From an uncultured Planctomycetota bacterium (GTDB lineage: Bacteria; Planctomycetota; Phycisphaerae; Sedimentisphaerales; UBA12454), in contig CAINDG010000040.1 of the NCBI GenBank assembly GCA_903847315.1, positions 80,813 to 112,812 of the forward strand: DNA of 32,000 nt, read 5' to 3'. The translations under genes and the position numbers were made by a program. How positions within the stretch are numbered: position 1 is the first letter of the stretch; every line of letters starts with the position of its first letter. Shown here one piece after another: positions 17,982 through 28,035 of this stretch. The notes under the pieces were generated by a model. That model was not told the origin of the DNA. It made no database searches and saw nothing but the letters and a program-made list of their open reading frames with translations.

Positions 17982-18686
17982 ATGGTATCAAAAGAGCTAA
18001 TTTTAAAAGCTGAAATAAGAAAAGAACGCGGAAAGAAACAGGCGGCAAAGTTGCGCAAACAAGGCAAAATTCCCGCCATAGTTTACGGCCACAAACAGGA
18101 GCCGCAGGCCATTGCCCTCGATGCCCATGATTTTGCCGAAGGGATTCATCATGGACTAAGACTTCTTGATATTGAAATCAGCGGAAAAACAGAAAAACTG
18201 CTGATTAAGGAAGTGCAGCACGATTATCTCGGAAGCACAATAATTCACGCCGATTTAATCCGGGTTGACCTGAGCGAAAAAGTCAAGGTTCAGGTTCCGC
18301 TGGTCTTTAAGGGAATCCCGGCCGGCGCCAATGAGGGCGGAATTCTTGAAGAGCATCTCTCTCAACTCGAAGTTGAATGTACCGTTACCGAGATACCTGA
18401 AACAATCGATATTGTGGTAAAAGCTCTGAAGATAGACGATGTGCTTCATGCCCGCGATATCGTACTGCCTGCCGGCGTCAAACTTGTGACGGGTCCTGAA
18501 GTGCTTGTCGTTGCCTGCCATAAGCCTATTGTTATTGTTGCTCCGGTGGAAGAGGCAATGGCTGTTGCGGAACCGACATCTCCTGAGGTTATTACGGAAA
18601 GAAAACCGAAGGAAGGTGAAGAAGGAGCGGAACCTGCTGAAAAAGACAAGAAAGCCGAAAAGAAACCCGAAAAAGAAAAGAAATAG
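17982..18686 (+). CDS. rplY: 50S ribosomal protein L25 / general stress protein Ctc form
   Basis: ERGKKQAAKLRKQGKIPAIVYG N-terminus and a two-domain Ctc length. Lys/Glu-rich C-terminal tail (PKEGEEGAEPAEKDKKAEKKPEKEKK). RBS GAGGTAAGGA upstream. Confidence 0.9.
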   Translation: MVSKELILKAEIRKERGKKQAAKLRKQGKIPAIVYGHKQEPQAIALDAHDFAEGIHHGLRLLDIEISGKTEKLLIKEVQHDYLGSTIIHADLIRVDLSEKVKVQVPLVFKGIPAGANEGGILEEHLSQLEVECTVTEIPETIDIVVKALKIDDVLHARDIVLPAGVKLVTGPEVLVVACHKPIVIVAPVEEAMAVAEPTSPEVITERKPKEGEEGAEPAEKDKKAEKKPEKEKK

Positions 18687-18736
18687 GATATTTCCAGTAA
18701 CGATTATAGAAAAGCGAACGCCGACTGCTCTAAACG

Positions 18737-19324
18737 ATGGACGATATCAGGTTAATAGCTGGTCTTGGCAACCCGGACAGGGAATATGAAGGGACTCGTC
18801 ATAATATCGGGTTTGAAGTCGTTGAAAAGCTGGCTGAAAAATTCGGCGTTAAACTGAAAAAGGGAAAGTTTGGCGCTGCTTTCGGCCAAACGGTTCTTGA
18901 AGATAAAAAGTTAATATTGATAAAGCCTCTTCAGTATATGAACAACAGCGGACAGGTCCTGGCCACAGTCGCCGGCTTTTACAGATTAGAGCCCGGTCAG
19001 ATACTGGTGATAACCGATGACCTTGCTCTTGAGCCGGGCCTGATAAGGATAAGAGCGTCGGGTTCCGCAGGCGGACATAACGGTCTGACAGATATTATAG
19101 TAAAGATGGGCACCGAAGATATCAGCAGGCTCAGAATAGGTATCGGCGACAAAGGGCAAATGGAAAAAAGGGATTATGTCCTTGCCAGGCCGAGCGCCGC
19201 TGAAAGAAAGCTTTTGAATCAGGCCGTCGAAGAGGCAGTCCAGGCGGTAATTTGCTGGATTAGTCAGGGTGTTGAGGCGGCGATGACGAAATTTAATAAA
19301 AAGAATATAGCGAAAGAAAAATAA
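18737..19324 (+). CDS. pth: Peptidyl-tRNA hydrolase
   Basis: LIAGLGNPDREYEGTRHNIGF and GSAGGHNGL motifs. Confidence 0.95.
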   Translation: MDDIRLIAGLGNPDREYEGTRHNIGFEVVEKLAEKFGVKLKKGKFGAAFGQTVLEDKKLILIKPLQYMNNSGQVLATVAGFYRLEPGQILVITDDLALEPGLIRIRASGSAGGHNGLTDIIVKMGTEDISRLRIGIGDKGQMEKRDYVLARPSAAERKLLNQAVEEAVQAVICWISQGVEAAMTKFNKKNIAKEK

Positions 19325-19380
19325 AAGTTTCAAAATACTAAATATATTGTGATTTAAAGATTTGATTAAGGAGTGTTAAT

Positions 19381-19842
19381 TTGGAAACCGTAACCAAGAG
19401 ATTGTACGAGGCGTTGTTTCTCGTAGATTCCGGTGAGGCTGCCGCCGACTGGCAGGGCATAAATGACCACATAAAGAAGGTACTCGAGCGCAATGAAGTC
19501 GAGATACTCAGTATGCGAAAATGGGACGAAAGGCCTCTCGCCTATCCAATTGCGGGCAAAAAGAGAGGAACTTATATCCTGGTGTACTTTAATGCCCCCA
19601 GCGCGAAAATAACGGACATTGAACGTGATTCGCAGCTCTCGGAAAGAATTATGCGAGTGCTTATTCTCCGCGGCGACCATATAACGCCGGAAGATATGGC
19701 AAAGGATACGCCTGCCATACTTGCGGAAAAGAATATTGCCCCGCCGGCCGGCCCCAAAGCCGAGTTGGTTAAGGAACTGGAGACGCTGGCAGCAGAAGAT
19801 GACGACGAAGCGCCGCTGGATGTTGACGCAAAGCTCGATTAG
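19381..19842 (+). CDS. rpsF: 30S ribosomal protein S6 with an acidic C-terminal extension
   Basis: LYEALFLVDS...ILSMRKWDERPLAYPI...GTYILVYF is S6-like. TTG start 6 nt after AAGGAG. Followed by ssb and rpsR. Confidence 0.9.
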   Translation: METVTKRLYEALFLVDSGEAAADWQGINDHIKKVLERNEVEILSMRKWDERPLAYPIAGKKRGTYILVYFNAPSAKITDIERDSQLSERIMRVLILRGDHITPEDMAKDTPAILAEKNIAPPAGPKAELVKELETLAAEDDDEAPLDVDAKLD

Positions 19843-19853
19843 CTTAAAGTTTT

Positions 19854-19868
19854 CCCGCCTCGGGCGGG
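19854..19868 (+). terminator. GC-rich hairpin between rpsF and ssb (possible attenuator or processing site)
   Basis: CCCGCC-TCG-GGCGGG, a perfect 6-bp stem, 12 nt after the rpsF stop. It is followed by TAAATT, so the U-tract is weak and function is uncertain. Confidence 0.3.
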
Positions 19869-19890
19869 TAAATTGCGAAAGGGAATTGTT

Positions 19891-20322
19891 ATGGCAAATT
19901 TTAATAAGGTTATTCTGCTCGGCAACCTGACGCGGGACCCGCAGTTGTCTTATCTGCCAAGCCAGACGCCTGTTGTGGACTTTGGTCTTGCGACAAACAG
20001 GAGATGGACCGGACAGGATGGTCAGCAGCGTGACGAAACCTGCTTTGTGGATTGCAGAGCGTTCGGCAAGCCCGCTGAGACGATAAATAAATACTGCAAA
20101 AAAGGCAAACCGCTTCTGGTTGAAGGCAGGTTATCTTTTGACAGCTGGACGGCGCAGGATGGTTCCAAGCGCAGCAAGTTAAGAGTTACAGTAGAAAGTT
20201 TCCAGTTTATGCCGATAGGCGGCGCAAAGCCCTCGGCAGGCGATACAGATGAATCACAGGCCCCGGCTCCAGATGCCGGGCAGGACCAGCCCCAAACGGG
20301 CGGCGACGATATACCGTTCTAA
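19891..20322 (+). CDS. ssb: Single-stranded DNA-binding protein
   Basis: MANFNKVILLGNLTRDPQ OB-fold N-terminus, a Gly/Pro/Gln-rich linker and the acidic tip DDIPF. I prefer ATG 19891 over the TTG at 19873. Confidence 0.95.
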   Translation: MANFNKVILLGNLTRDPQLSYLPSQTPVVDFGLATNRRWTGQDGQQRDETCFVDCRAFGKPAETINKYCKKGKPLLVEGRLSFDSWTAQDGSKRSKLRVTVESFQFMPIGGAKPSAGDTDESQAPAPDAGQDQPQTGGDDIPF

Positions 20323-20371
20323 ATCGAATGATTTAAAGAAAATTTGAGATATTTTTTTAGGAGTTATTTAA

Positions 20372-20644
20372 GTGAGAGGTCAAAACTTTAAGAAAAAGCC
20401 TGATAAGACGAACAGGAAAAAGAAACGTCGGGACAACGTCAGAGAACAGAACCAATGCAGGTTCTGCAGGTCGAAAACCCGGTTTATTGATTTCAAGGAT
20501 ATAGAAATTTTAGGGAAAATGCTTACCCATCGAGGCAAGATTTTCTCGCGTAAGCGCAGCGGAAACTGTGCAAGCTGCCAGCGAAAGGTCAAGCTGGCGA
20601 TTAAACGCGCACGTTTCATGGGACTGTTGCCGTTTACGAGTTAG
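20372..20644 (+). CDS. rpsR: 30S ribosomal protein S18
   Basis: CRFCRSKTRFIDFKDIEILGKMLTHRGKIFSRKRSGNCASCQRKVKLAIKRARFMGLLPF. GTG start 8 nt after AGGAG. Confidence 0.92.
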   Translation: MRGQNFKKKPDKTNRKKKRRDNVREQNQCRFCRSKTRFIDFKDIEILGKMLTHRGKIFSRKRSGNCASCQRKVKLAIKRARFMGLLPFTS

Positions 20645-20699
20645 TTCGGTCTTTAAGAAAATCATAAATTCCAACAGATTGGTTATTGGAGATATTTGT

Positions 20700-21194
20700 A
20701 TGAAGGTTTTATTGTGTGAAGATATTGAAACCCTTGGCTGGTATGGCGATATAGTCAATGTTAAGGAAGGGTATGCCAGAAATTATCTTTTGCCGCAGAG
20801 ATTAGCGATAGTCCCGACGGAAGGGAAGATAAAGTCGATGGCTGAGGAAAAAGCCAAAAGAGCCGACCAGAGAAATGTTGTTATTAACAACTTCAAAAAG
20901 GCCGCCGAGGCCGTCAATGGCGCCGAAGCCGTTATCGCTTCAAAGGCGAACGACCAGGGTCATTTATTCGGCTCGATTACCGCAAAACAGGTTGCCGACA
21001 ATCTTCGTCAGCAGGGTTTTGAAGTTGCCGAAAAGCACGTTCAGATTGGCGGGCATATAAAGGAAGTTGGAGAACATTCCGTTAAGCTGAGATTCGCGGT
21101 GGATATTACCGCTACGGTAAAAGTTGTTGTGGTTCCGGAAAAACAGGATTCAGGAACGACCGATGGCTCTGAGAGTCAGACAAAACCAGAATAA
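20700..21194 (+). CDS. rplI: 50S ribosomal protein L9
   Basis: MKVLLCEDIETLGWYGDIVNVKEGYARNYLLPQRLA. ATG 20700 is preceded by GGAG. The longer ORF-track start at 20568 lies inside rpsR. Confidence 0.93.
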   Translation: MKVLLCEDIETLGWYGDIVNVKEGYARNYLLPQRLAIVPTEGKIKSMAEEKAKRADQRNVVINNFKKAAEAVNGAEAVIASKANDQGHLFGSITAKQVADNLRQQGFEVAEKHVQIGGHIKEVGEHSVKLRFAVDITATVKVVVVPEKQDSGTTDGSESQTKPE

Positions 21195-22578
21195 AAAAGC
21201 GCAAGCCGCTGCACGAACGGATTCTTCGTCAGCTTCGCAGCTTACCGGCAGAACTATGCCTGAGTCGCTCGAAGCCGAGGCCGCTGTGCTTGGCTCGATG
21301 ATACTCGACCCCGAGTGCATAGGTCAGGTTGTTCAGCAGGTTACGGCGGGCGCATTTTACCACATCGAACATCAGATGATATTCGATGCTATTGTCTCAT
21401 TATGGGAGAAGAAGAACGATAAATTTGACCTCCTGCTGCTCAGGGACGAGTTGAAAAACCGCAGCCAGCTGCAGGAAGTCGGCGGCCCGGAATATCTTGT
21501 CAAAATGGCCGAGTCAGTGCCGTCAAGCGCGAATATTGAACAGTACCTGCAAATAGTCAAAGACAAGCAAATGATGCGCGAACTTATTAGCGCGGCAGGC
21601 GAGGTATTGACCGAGGCGTTCGAGGATGCCGGCGATGCGGCCGGAAAACTTGACAGGGCCGAGCAAAAAATATTCAACGTTACGCAGAGAAAAATAAGCG
21701 GCTCGGCAATATCAATCAAGGAACTATTGACCGAGGCGTTTGAGGCTATCGATAAAAGAGAGGGGCATCATATAACTGGTCTGCCGACCGGTTTTGCCGA
21801 GATGGACGATTTGACCTGCGGGCTTCAGAACGGCGAAATGATTGTAATAGCCGGCAGGCCGAGTATGGGCAAGACAAGTTTTGCGATGAATATCGCCGAG
21901 CATATCGGCGCAGACAATAATATTTCTGTCGCGTTCTTTTCTCTTGAAATGAGTCGTCAGCAGCTTGCCGAGCGTATGCTGTGCAGCAGGGCTATGATGG
22001 ATTCGCAGATTGTCCGAAAGGGTATGATTAACGACAATCAGTATCAGGAGCTTGTGCATGCGGCAAGCGAGTTAAGCGAAAAGCCGATTTATGTTGACGA
22101 CACGCCGGCGATAACGCCTCTTGAACTTCGCGGCAAGGCAAGAAGACTTCGCAGCCGGTTTGGAATCAAATGCGTTTTTGTTGATTATCTCCAGCTTATG
22201 AGTCTGGGCGGCAGAGTCGAATCCAGACAGCAGGAAGTAAGCGAAATAAGCAGGTATCTAAAGGCCCTTGCGAGGGAACTGGAAATACCTGTCATTGTTT
22301 TAAGTCAGCTTAACCGTTCGCCGGAAGGCAGAGAAGGACACAGGCCGAGAATGAGCGACCTGCGGGAAAGCGGAAGTATCGAGCAGGATGCCGATGTTGT
22401 TATGCTGCTTCATCGTGAAGATTATTATCATAAAGGCGAAACAGACTATGAAGAAACCAACAGCGCGGAAATAATCGTCGCCAAACAGCGTAACGGCCCG
22501 ACCGATACGATTGAATTAAGCTTTAACGGTACGTACACCCGCTTTGCCAATAAGACCAGGGTTAAAGAACCCTTCTAA
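21163..22578 (+). CDS. dnaB: Replicative DNA helicase
   Basis: PESLEAEAAVLGSMILDPE N-terminal domain, Walker A GRPSMGKTSFAMN, Walker B VFVDYLQLM, and SQLNRSPE, RESGSIEQDADVV, KQRNGPT. The start is ATG 21163 (AGGAA upstream) or ATG 21256. Confidence 0.95.
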   Translation: MALRVRQNQNKKAQAAARTDSSSASQLTGRTMPESLEAEAAVLGSMILDPECIGQVVQQVTAGAFYHIEHQMIFDAIVSLWEKKNDKFDLLLLRDELKNRSQLQEVGGPEYLVKMAESVPSSANIEQYLQIVKDKQMMRELISAAGEVLTEAFEDAGDAAGKLDRAEQKIFNVTQRKISGSAISIKELLTEAFEAIDKREGHHITGLPTGFAEMDDLTCGLQNGEMIVIAGRPSMGKTSFAMNIAEHIGADNNISVAFFSLEMSRQQLAERMLCSRAMMDSQIVRKGMINDNQYQELVHAASELSEKPIYVDDTPAITPLELRGKARRLRSRFGIKCVFVDYLQLMSLGGRVESRQQEVSEISRYLKALARELEIPVIVLSQLNRSPEGREGHRPRMSDLRESGSIEQDADVVMLLHREDYYHKGETDYEETNSAEIIVAKQRNGPTDTIELSFNGTYTRFANKTRVKEPF

Positions 22579-22624
22579 TGGCGAAGTTTAATATATAAAT
22601 GGATTTTTACAGGAAAGGGATTTT

Positions 22625-25018
22625 ATGCTGAATTCCGGAAACCTTGATAAAATTTACAAGCCGGTGAGGATACTGTTCTTTGCATTTATTATGTCCATTG
22701 TTCTTAATTATACTGTACAGGCAGAACCGAACAGTACTGTCCAGGCGGAACCGAATAGTACCGTCCGGGCGAAATCTGTGGATGCCGCAGCCGCCGAGAA
22801 CAAGGTTATAGACATTATTCAGGTACAGGGCAATGTGTACCTTAACGATGGGAAAATATTGTCAATGGCCAGAAGCAGAGAAGGCGAAATATTTACTGCC
22901 GCTGAAGCACAGGAAGACATCAAAAGGATTGCTACCGTTAAAGGCGTAGAATTCGCATATTACAGTACCGAACTTATCGGCGACAAGGTAAAGCTAATCT
23001 TCGTGATTAAAGAGAAGATGGTCGCTCGTGAAATAACATTTGTTGGGAATAAAAAATACGACAGACAAAAACTTACGGAGCAGCTTGGGTTCGGAAGAGG
23101 AGATTTTATTGATACGCTCGCGGCGAAAAACGGAGCGGAAAAACTAACCGAATATTATAAAAAAATGGGATTCCCGTTTGTCAAAATTGATTTCGACGAT
23201 TCAGGCATCGAGCAGGGGCGGCTGCGTTATTCAATCGAAGAAGGACCGATGGTAAAAATAAAAAAGCTTCGTTTTGAGGGAAATACCTCGATAAAAAGCA
23301 AAGAGCTCAAAAAAGTAATAAAAGGCAAACCGAGAGACCTCTTCCTTTTCCAGAATTACTACAAGCAGACAGTTCTTGATGACGATATGGTAAAATTGCA
23401 GCAGGCTTACGACAAAAAAGGTTATCTCGATACGAAAGTAACCACCAAAACCAATTTCAGCAAAAATCAAAAAGGTGTCGAGGTAACTTATGTCATTGAG
23501 GAAGGCAGGCAGTATGACGTCGCGAAAATAGAATTTTCGGGCAATAAATTCTTAAGCGACGCAAATCTGGCCGGCACTTTTCGGCTCAAGGAAGGAAAGT
23601 TTTTCAGCAATGAAAAATCCGATTACGACAAAGATGAAATTCTTAAGGCGTATCGCCAGATTGGATTTATAGATGTTCAGGTACAGCCGACCAGGCAGTT
23701 TACCGCTGACAACAAAATAATCGCCAAATTTAATGTAAAAGAAGGCGAAAGATTCCGGATAGGTCAGATAAATATCTCAGGCAACAGAACTGTACAGGAT
23801 AAAGTGATTCGGCGGGTCCTCGACGAAGACGAATTCAAGCCGGGCGAATGGTATAACGCTCATATCGCTCAGGGTACAGGCGAAGGCCAGCTCGAAAAAA
23901 ATATTAAGGGCAGTGTCTATACCGAAACCGCTACTATCACACCTGTTGGTGACAAGCCCGGCAAGAGAGATGCTGAAGTCAGAGTCACCGAAGGCAAAAC
24001 GGGTTCGATACTCTTCGGAGCGGGCATCAGCAGCACCGACGGCCTGATTGGACAGATAGTATATGAGCAGAGAAACTTTGATATAAACAAATGGCCGAAA
24101 GACTGGCAAAAGTTCTTTTCTGATAACGCCTTTAAAGGCGCAGGCCAGCAGTTAAGAATAGCAGCCGAGCCCGGCACCCAGGTGAGCCGATATTCAATCA
24201 GCTGGACCGAGCCGTATCTGAGAGATAAGCCGATATCGATGACTGTTGCCGGTTCGAACTGGGAACGTGGAAGGGAAAGCTATGATGAGGAAAGACAAAA
24301 AGCTTATCTTGGTTTTACAAGACGAATGAAACAAGGCTGGTACAGAACCCTTTCATTCCGGTTCGAAAACGTGGATATAAAAGATATTGATGTTGACGCT
24401 CCCAAGGAAGTTACTGATGTAAAAGGAAAAAATCTTCTTGCCGGTGCAAGAATGGGCTTTGGCAGAGACACTACCGATGACAGGTTTAATCCGACAAAAG
24501 GAAAATGCTTTGAGTTGGGTTACGAACAGGTGGCCGGAGACCATGTGTTCGGCACTGTTGACGGAACATACCGCTGGTATAAAACGCTGCATGAAGACAT
24601 TGCCAGACGAAAAACCGTACTTGAGACAAAATTTTATGTTGCGTCGATTGTAGGCGATGCTCCGCTATTTGAGAAATTTTACGGCGGCGGCCCGGGCAGC
24701 ATAAGAGGTTTTGAATATCGCGGAGTAAGTCCGCGTTCCGGCGTAAACGGCGACCCTATAGGCAGCAGATGGATAGCGACGGCAAGCGGCGAAGTTTCTG
24801 TGCCGCTGACAACCGAAGCGCTGTCTGCGCTTTTCTTTGTCGATACAGGTACGATGGAGACCGGCGGAATAAGGGCTTCTGTCGGCATAGGCCTTCAAAT
24901 TCTGCTTCCGCAGTGGTTTGGACCGGTGCCGATGAGATTTGAACTTGCTACTCCGTTTATGAAAAGCGGAGATGACAAAACTCAGATGTTCAGTTTCTCG
25001 GTGGGAACGTTATTTTAA
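22625..25018 (+). CDS. bamA: Outer membrane protein assembly factor BamA (POTRA repeats plus Omp85 barrel)
   Basis: 797 aa. Signal-like N-terminus, repeated POTRA-type segments (e.g. VKIKKLRFEGNTSIKSKEL, VAKIEFSGNKFLSD, IGQINISGNRTVQDKVIRR), a barrel with RGF/Y-type motifs (GSIRGFEYRGVSP) and a terminal F. Confidence 0.92.
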   Translation: MLNSGNLDKIYKPVRILFFAFIMSIVLNYTVQAEPNSTVQAEPNSTVRAKSVDAAAAENKVIDIIQVQGNVYLNDGKILSMARSREGEIFTAAEAQEDIKRIATVKGVEFAYYSTELIGDKVKLIFVIKEKMVAREITFVGNKKYDRQKLTEQLGFGRGDFIDTLAAKNGAEKLTEYYKKMGFPFVKIDFDDSGIEQGRLRYSIEEGPMVKIKKLRFEGNTSIKSKELKKVIKGKPRDLFLFQNYYKQTVLDDDMVKLQQAYDKKGYLDTKVTTKTNFSKNQKGVEVTYVIEEGRQYDVAKIEFSGNKFLSDANLAGTFRLKEGKFFSNEKSDYDKDEILKAYRQIGFIDVQVQPTRQFTADNKIIAKFNVKEGERFRIGQINISGNRTVQDKVIRRVLDEDEFKPGEWYNAHIAQGTGEGQLEKNIKGSVYTETATITPVGDKPGKRDAEVRVTEGKTGSILFGAGISSTDGLIGQIVYEQRNFDINKWPKDWQKFFSDNAFKGAGQQLRIAAEPGTQVSRYSISWTEPYLRDKPISMTVAGSNWERGRESYDEERQKAYLGFTRRMKQGWYRTLSFRFENVDIKDIDVDAPKEVTDVKGKNLLAGARMGFGRDTTDDRFNPTKGKCFELGYEQVAGDHVFGTVDGTYRWYKTLHEDIARRKTVLETKFYVASIVGDAPLFEKFYGGGPGSIRGFEYRGVSPRSGVNGDPIGSRWIATASGEVSVPLTTEALSALFFVDTGTMETGGIRASVGIGLQILLPQWFGPVPMRFELATPFMKSGDDKTQMFSFSVGTLF
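22712..22774 (+). repeat. 24-nt in-frame tandem repeat (about 2.6 copies) in the BamA N-terminal region
   Basis: ACTGTACAGGCAGAACCGAACAGT / ACTGTCCAGGCGGAACCGAATAGT / ACCGTCCGGGCGAAA encodes TVQAEPNS-TVQAEPNS-TVRAK, directly after the hydrophobic signal segment. Confidence 0.7.
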
Positions 25019-25056
25019 TTTATTTTTTTACGAATTGAAATTAAGAAAGGATTATT

Positions 25057-25674
25057 ATGAAAAAAAGAAGTTTTATTGCCGCCTCTATCCTGGCATTTGC
25101 GGGATTGTTCATTTTTTGTCTTGAATATTCCAGTGCGGCAAAAGACAAATCGGCTGTTTCGGCTAAAATCGGTGTTGTGAGCATAAGAGAAGTCTTTGAC
25201 AACTGTACAATGAAGGCCGAGACCGAAAAAACTCTTGCCGCCGAAGGCGACAAAAGGTTTGCGGAAATTAAAGCTCTTGAGCAGGCTGTAGAGGCCGACA
25301 AAGCATCCTTGGCCAAATTCAAGGAAGGCACTCAGGAGTATATGGATTTACTCAAGGGGATGATGATGAAGCAATCGCAGCTTGACGCCCAAAAAGAGTT
25401 TTATCAGCAGGAATTTACTGTAAAAGAAATGCGCAGCAAGGAACTGATTTATCGGAAAATTCTGGATGTTATCGCCAAAATCGCCAAAGACAGGAGTTAC
25501 GATATAATTTTGAACAGGGACGATAATTATCTCAATCAGCCGGAGAGTTCTCCTCCTGCGCAGAACCCGACAGAACTTATTCTAACTACAAAAACGCACA
25601 AATTGCTTTATTTCAATAAAGACCTTGATATTACCGCTGACGTGCTTAGCGCGATGAATGGTAAAGACAAATAG
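25057..25674 (+). CDS. skp: Periplasmic chaperone Skp/OmpH family
   Basis: Signal peptide, then a long coiled-coil-like Lys/Glu/Gln-rich body. Canonical position between bamA and lpxD. Confidence 0.8.
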   Translation: MKKRSFIAASILAFAGLFIFCLEYSSAAKDKSAVSAKIGVVSIREVFDNCTMKAETEKTLAAEGDKRFAEIKALEQAVEADKASLAKFKEGTQEYMDLLKGMMMKQSQLDAQKEFYQQEFTVKEMRSKELIYRKILDVIAKIAKDRSYDIILNRDDNYLNQPESSPPAQNPTELILTTKTHKLLYFNKDLDITADVLSAMNGKDK

Positions 25675-25678
25675 GAAA

Positions 25679-26725
25679 ATGACGGAATTAAAAAAAATTA
25701 CTGTAAGCAGGCTTGCTGCCGTTATCAAAGCCCAGCTTGTAGGCTCAGGCGACGCCGAAGTCTGCAGGGTATCGGCTTTTGATACTGCCGCTTCTGACAG
25801 TGTTGCTTTTATTACCGACGAAAATCTTTTAAAAGAAATAGCGAACTGTAAAGCCGCTGCGGTAATTGTGAAAAAAAAGACGGATTCGCCGATTCCTTTG
25901 CTTGTTGTCGATAATGTCGAACGCGCTCTTATAGAGGCTCTTAAGCAGTTTATGCCGCCTCTTGCCAAACCATCGGCGGGCGTACACAAAACCGCTGTAG
26001 TTGAAGCGGGAGCAATTGTCGATGCCTCCGCTTCGGTCGGCGCTTTTGCTTATATCAGGACCGGCGCCAAAATCGGAGAAAGAACCGTTATCGGCGCAGG
26101 CTGTAAAATCGGCGAAGGCTCGATTATCGGAAAAGATTGCAGACTTGAGGATAATGTGGTTGTGTATCACAACTGCACTATCGGCAGCAACTGCATTATC
26201 GGCGCAAATACCACAATCGGCGCAACCGGCTTCGGCTATTATTTTATCGATGGTCAGCATAGATTGATTCCGCATACCGGCGGAGTTGTTATTGAAGACT
26301 GTGTCGAAATCGGCGCCAACGCCTGCGTTGACAGGGCAAAATTCAGCAATACCGTAATCGGCGCAGGAACGAAAATAGATAACCTTGTTCAGATTGCTCA
26401 TAATGTCGTAATCGGCAAGTGTTGTTTAATTGTTGCGCAGGCAGGTATCGCCGGCAGCTGCAAACTTGGCAATGGTGTTGTCCTTGCCGCCCAGGCCGGG
26501 CTCAAAGACCATATAACAATCGAAGACGGAGCTCAGATAGGAGCTCAGGCAGGCGTGATAAATGATATCGGGCCGAGTAAACAGGTCCTCGGCTCGCCGG
26601 CCATAAACATCAAGGAATTTTTTAGACAGGTGCTCATGAAACAGAAACTGCCCGAGATGAGCAAACAATTGAAACAGCTTGTAAAGAGAGTCGAAGAACT
26701 TGAAGCCTCAAAAAACAATAGCTAA
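25679..26725 (+). CDS. lpxD: UDP-3-O-acylglucosamine N-acyltransferase
   Basis: N-terminal uridine-binding domain, then extended hexapeptide repeats ([50 protein letters not shown]... HNVVIGKCC). The C-terminal helix fits LpxD. Confidence 0.92.
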   Translation: MTELKKITVSRLAAVIKAQLVGSGDAEVCRVSAFDTAASDSVAFITDENLLKEIANCKAAAVIVKKKTDSPIPLLVVDNVERALIEALKQFMPPLAKPSAGVHKTAVVEAGAIVDASASVGAFAYIRTGAKIGERTVIGAGCKIGEGSIIGKDCRLEDNVVVYHNCTIGSNCIIGANTTIGATGFGYYFIDGQHRLIPHTGGVVIEDCVEIGANACVDRAKFSNTVIGAGTKIDNLVQIAHNVVIGKCCLIVAQAGIAGSCKLGNGVVLAAQAGLKDHITIEDGAQIGAQAGVINDIGPSKQVLGSPAINIKEFFRQVLMKQKLPEMSKQLKQLVKRVEELEASKNNS

Positions 26726-28010
26726 TCAGACCAGGCTTTCCGGAAGAGGAATGTTTGGCGGCCAGGAAGCAAGGGTGCTTTTCCTTACTGCCCCTGTTGA
26801 TACCGGCATTGTTTTTGTCAGGAAGGACACGCCTGAGCCGGTGCAGATAGAGGCGACTGTGCGGAACCTTGCCGAACGCAGCAGAAGAACTGCGATAAAA
26901 AGAGGTGATGTAAGCATCGAAACCATAGAGCATTGTATGGCCGCGATAAACGCGCTCGAGATTGACAATATTATTATTGAAATTGAAGGTCCGGAAATGC
27001 CCGGCTTTGACGGCGGCTGCGGCGAATACTTCAAGGCATTAAAAAGCTGCGGTTTTGTAGAACAGCAAAAACCCAAAAAAGAAATGGTTATCACCGAGCC
27101 GATTATTATCACCGAAGGGGACGCTTCAATCTACGCGCTTCCCTCAACTACCGGCGATTTACAAATTACTTATGATTTGGATTATACCAAACACACAGGT
27201 ATTGGCAGACAGTTGCTTAGCTGCACCATCACAACCGAATATTTCGAGGCCAATTTGGCGCCGGCAAGGACATTTCTGCTTGAGGCTGAAGCGAAGCAGT
27301 TTCAGTCTCACGGTATTGGCTCTCATTTGAGTCCGCGGGACATCCTCGTTATTGATTCCGACGGCCCGATTAAAAACAGTTTCCGCTTCAGCGACGAATG
27401 TGTCAGGCACAAAATTGTCGATTTGATAGGCGATATGACGCTTGTCGGCAGAAGAATAGCCGGAAGAATTATCGCCTACAAGAGCGGCCACAGCCTTAAT
27501 CAGAAACTTGCGCAAAAACTTGTTCAGCAGGCCGAACAGCAGGAAAGAATAACAAAAGCAGGAACGGACGCTCTGCTTGATATCCGCAGAATACAGAAAA
27601 TCCTGCCGCATCGCTATCCGTTTTTGCTGGTTGACAAGGTAATTGAAATCGATGGTGACAGGCTTATTAAAGGCGTCAAAAATGTTACTTACAATGAAAT
27701 ATTTTTTCAGGGTCATTTTCCCGGTACGCCTATAATGCCCGGCGTGCTTATACTCGAAGCGATGGCGCAGATTTCAGGCCTGCTTTTTGCCCAGAAGCTC
27801 GAGCATACAGGCAAACTCGCTCTTTTGCTCGGTATGGATAATGTCAGATTGCGAAGGGGCGTTGTGCCGGGCGACCAGTTAATCCTTATTTCTGAAGCGG
27901 TCAGAATCAGAAGCAAAACCGCTATATGTAAATGTCATGCTATGGTGGGCGATGTAAAAGCCGCTGAAGCTGAAATGAGATTTATGCTCGTAGATGACGA
28001 GACGGTATAA
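26700..28010 (+). CDS. lpxC/fabZ: Bifunctional UDP-3-O-acyl-GlcNAc deacetylase / 3-hydroxyacyl-ACP dehydratase (LpxC-FabZ fusion)
   Basis: LpxC part: [43 protein letters not shown]. FabZ hotdog part: [14 protein letters not shown]...[26 protein letters not shown] start at 26700, because the first internal ATG would delete conserved N-terminal residues. Confidence 0.92.
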   Translation: MKPQKTIANQTRLSGRGMFGGQEARVLFLTAPVDTGIVFVRKDTPEPVQIEATVRNLAERSRRTAIKRGDVSIETIEHCMAAINALEIDNIIIEIEGPEMPGFDGGCGEYFKALKSCGFVEQQKPKKEMVITEPIIITEGDASIYALPSTTGDLQITYDLDYTKHTGIGRQLLSCTITTEYFEANLAPARTFLLEAEAKQFQSHGIGSHLSPRDILVIDSDGPIKNSFRFSDECVRHKIVDLIGDMTLVGRRIAGRIIAYKSGHSLNQKLAQKLVQQAEQQERITKAGTDALLDIRRIQKILPHRYPFLLVDKVIEIDGDRLIKGVKNVTYNEIFFQGHFPGTPIMPGVLILEAMAQISGLLFAQKLEHTGKLALLLGMDNVRLRRGVVPGDQLILISEAVRIRSKTAICKCHAMVGDVKAAEAEMRFMLVDDETV

Positions 28011-28035
28011 TAATTTTTTTCAGGAAAATAATACA

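Noticed and set aside
18590-19842. Low-complexity tails on ribosomal proteins (the Lys/Glu-rich tail of L25/Ctc, the acidic tail of S6, the basic N-terminal extension of S18)
   Set aside because: Such extensions are common lineage-specific features of these proteins. Nothing in the sequence suggests a separate function or a fused domain.
21606-21745. A 20-nt near-identical repeat inside dnaB (ATTGACCGAGGCGTT[C/T]GAGG at 21606-21625 and 21726-21745, exactly 120 nt apart), considered as a sign of internal duplication
   Set aside because: The similarity is confined to the LTEAFE hexapeptide. The flanking 40-codon segments are unrelated, so this is most likely coincidence or micro-homology rather than a domain duplication.
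26700-28010. The LpxC-FabZ fusion as a novel architecture
   Set aside because: The fusion is real in this sequence, with both domains in one frame and complete motifs. However, bifunctional LpxC/FabZ proteins are already annotated in several diderm lineages (for example Bacteroidota), so it is a lineage marker rather than a new finding.
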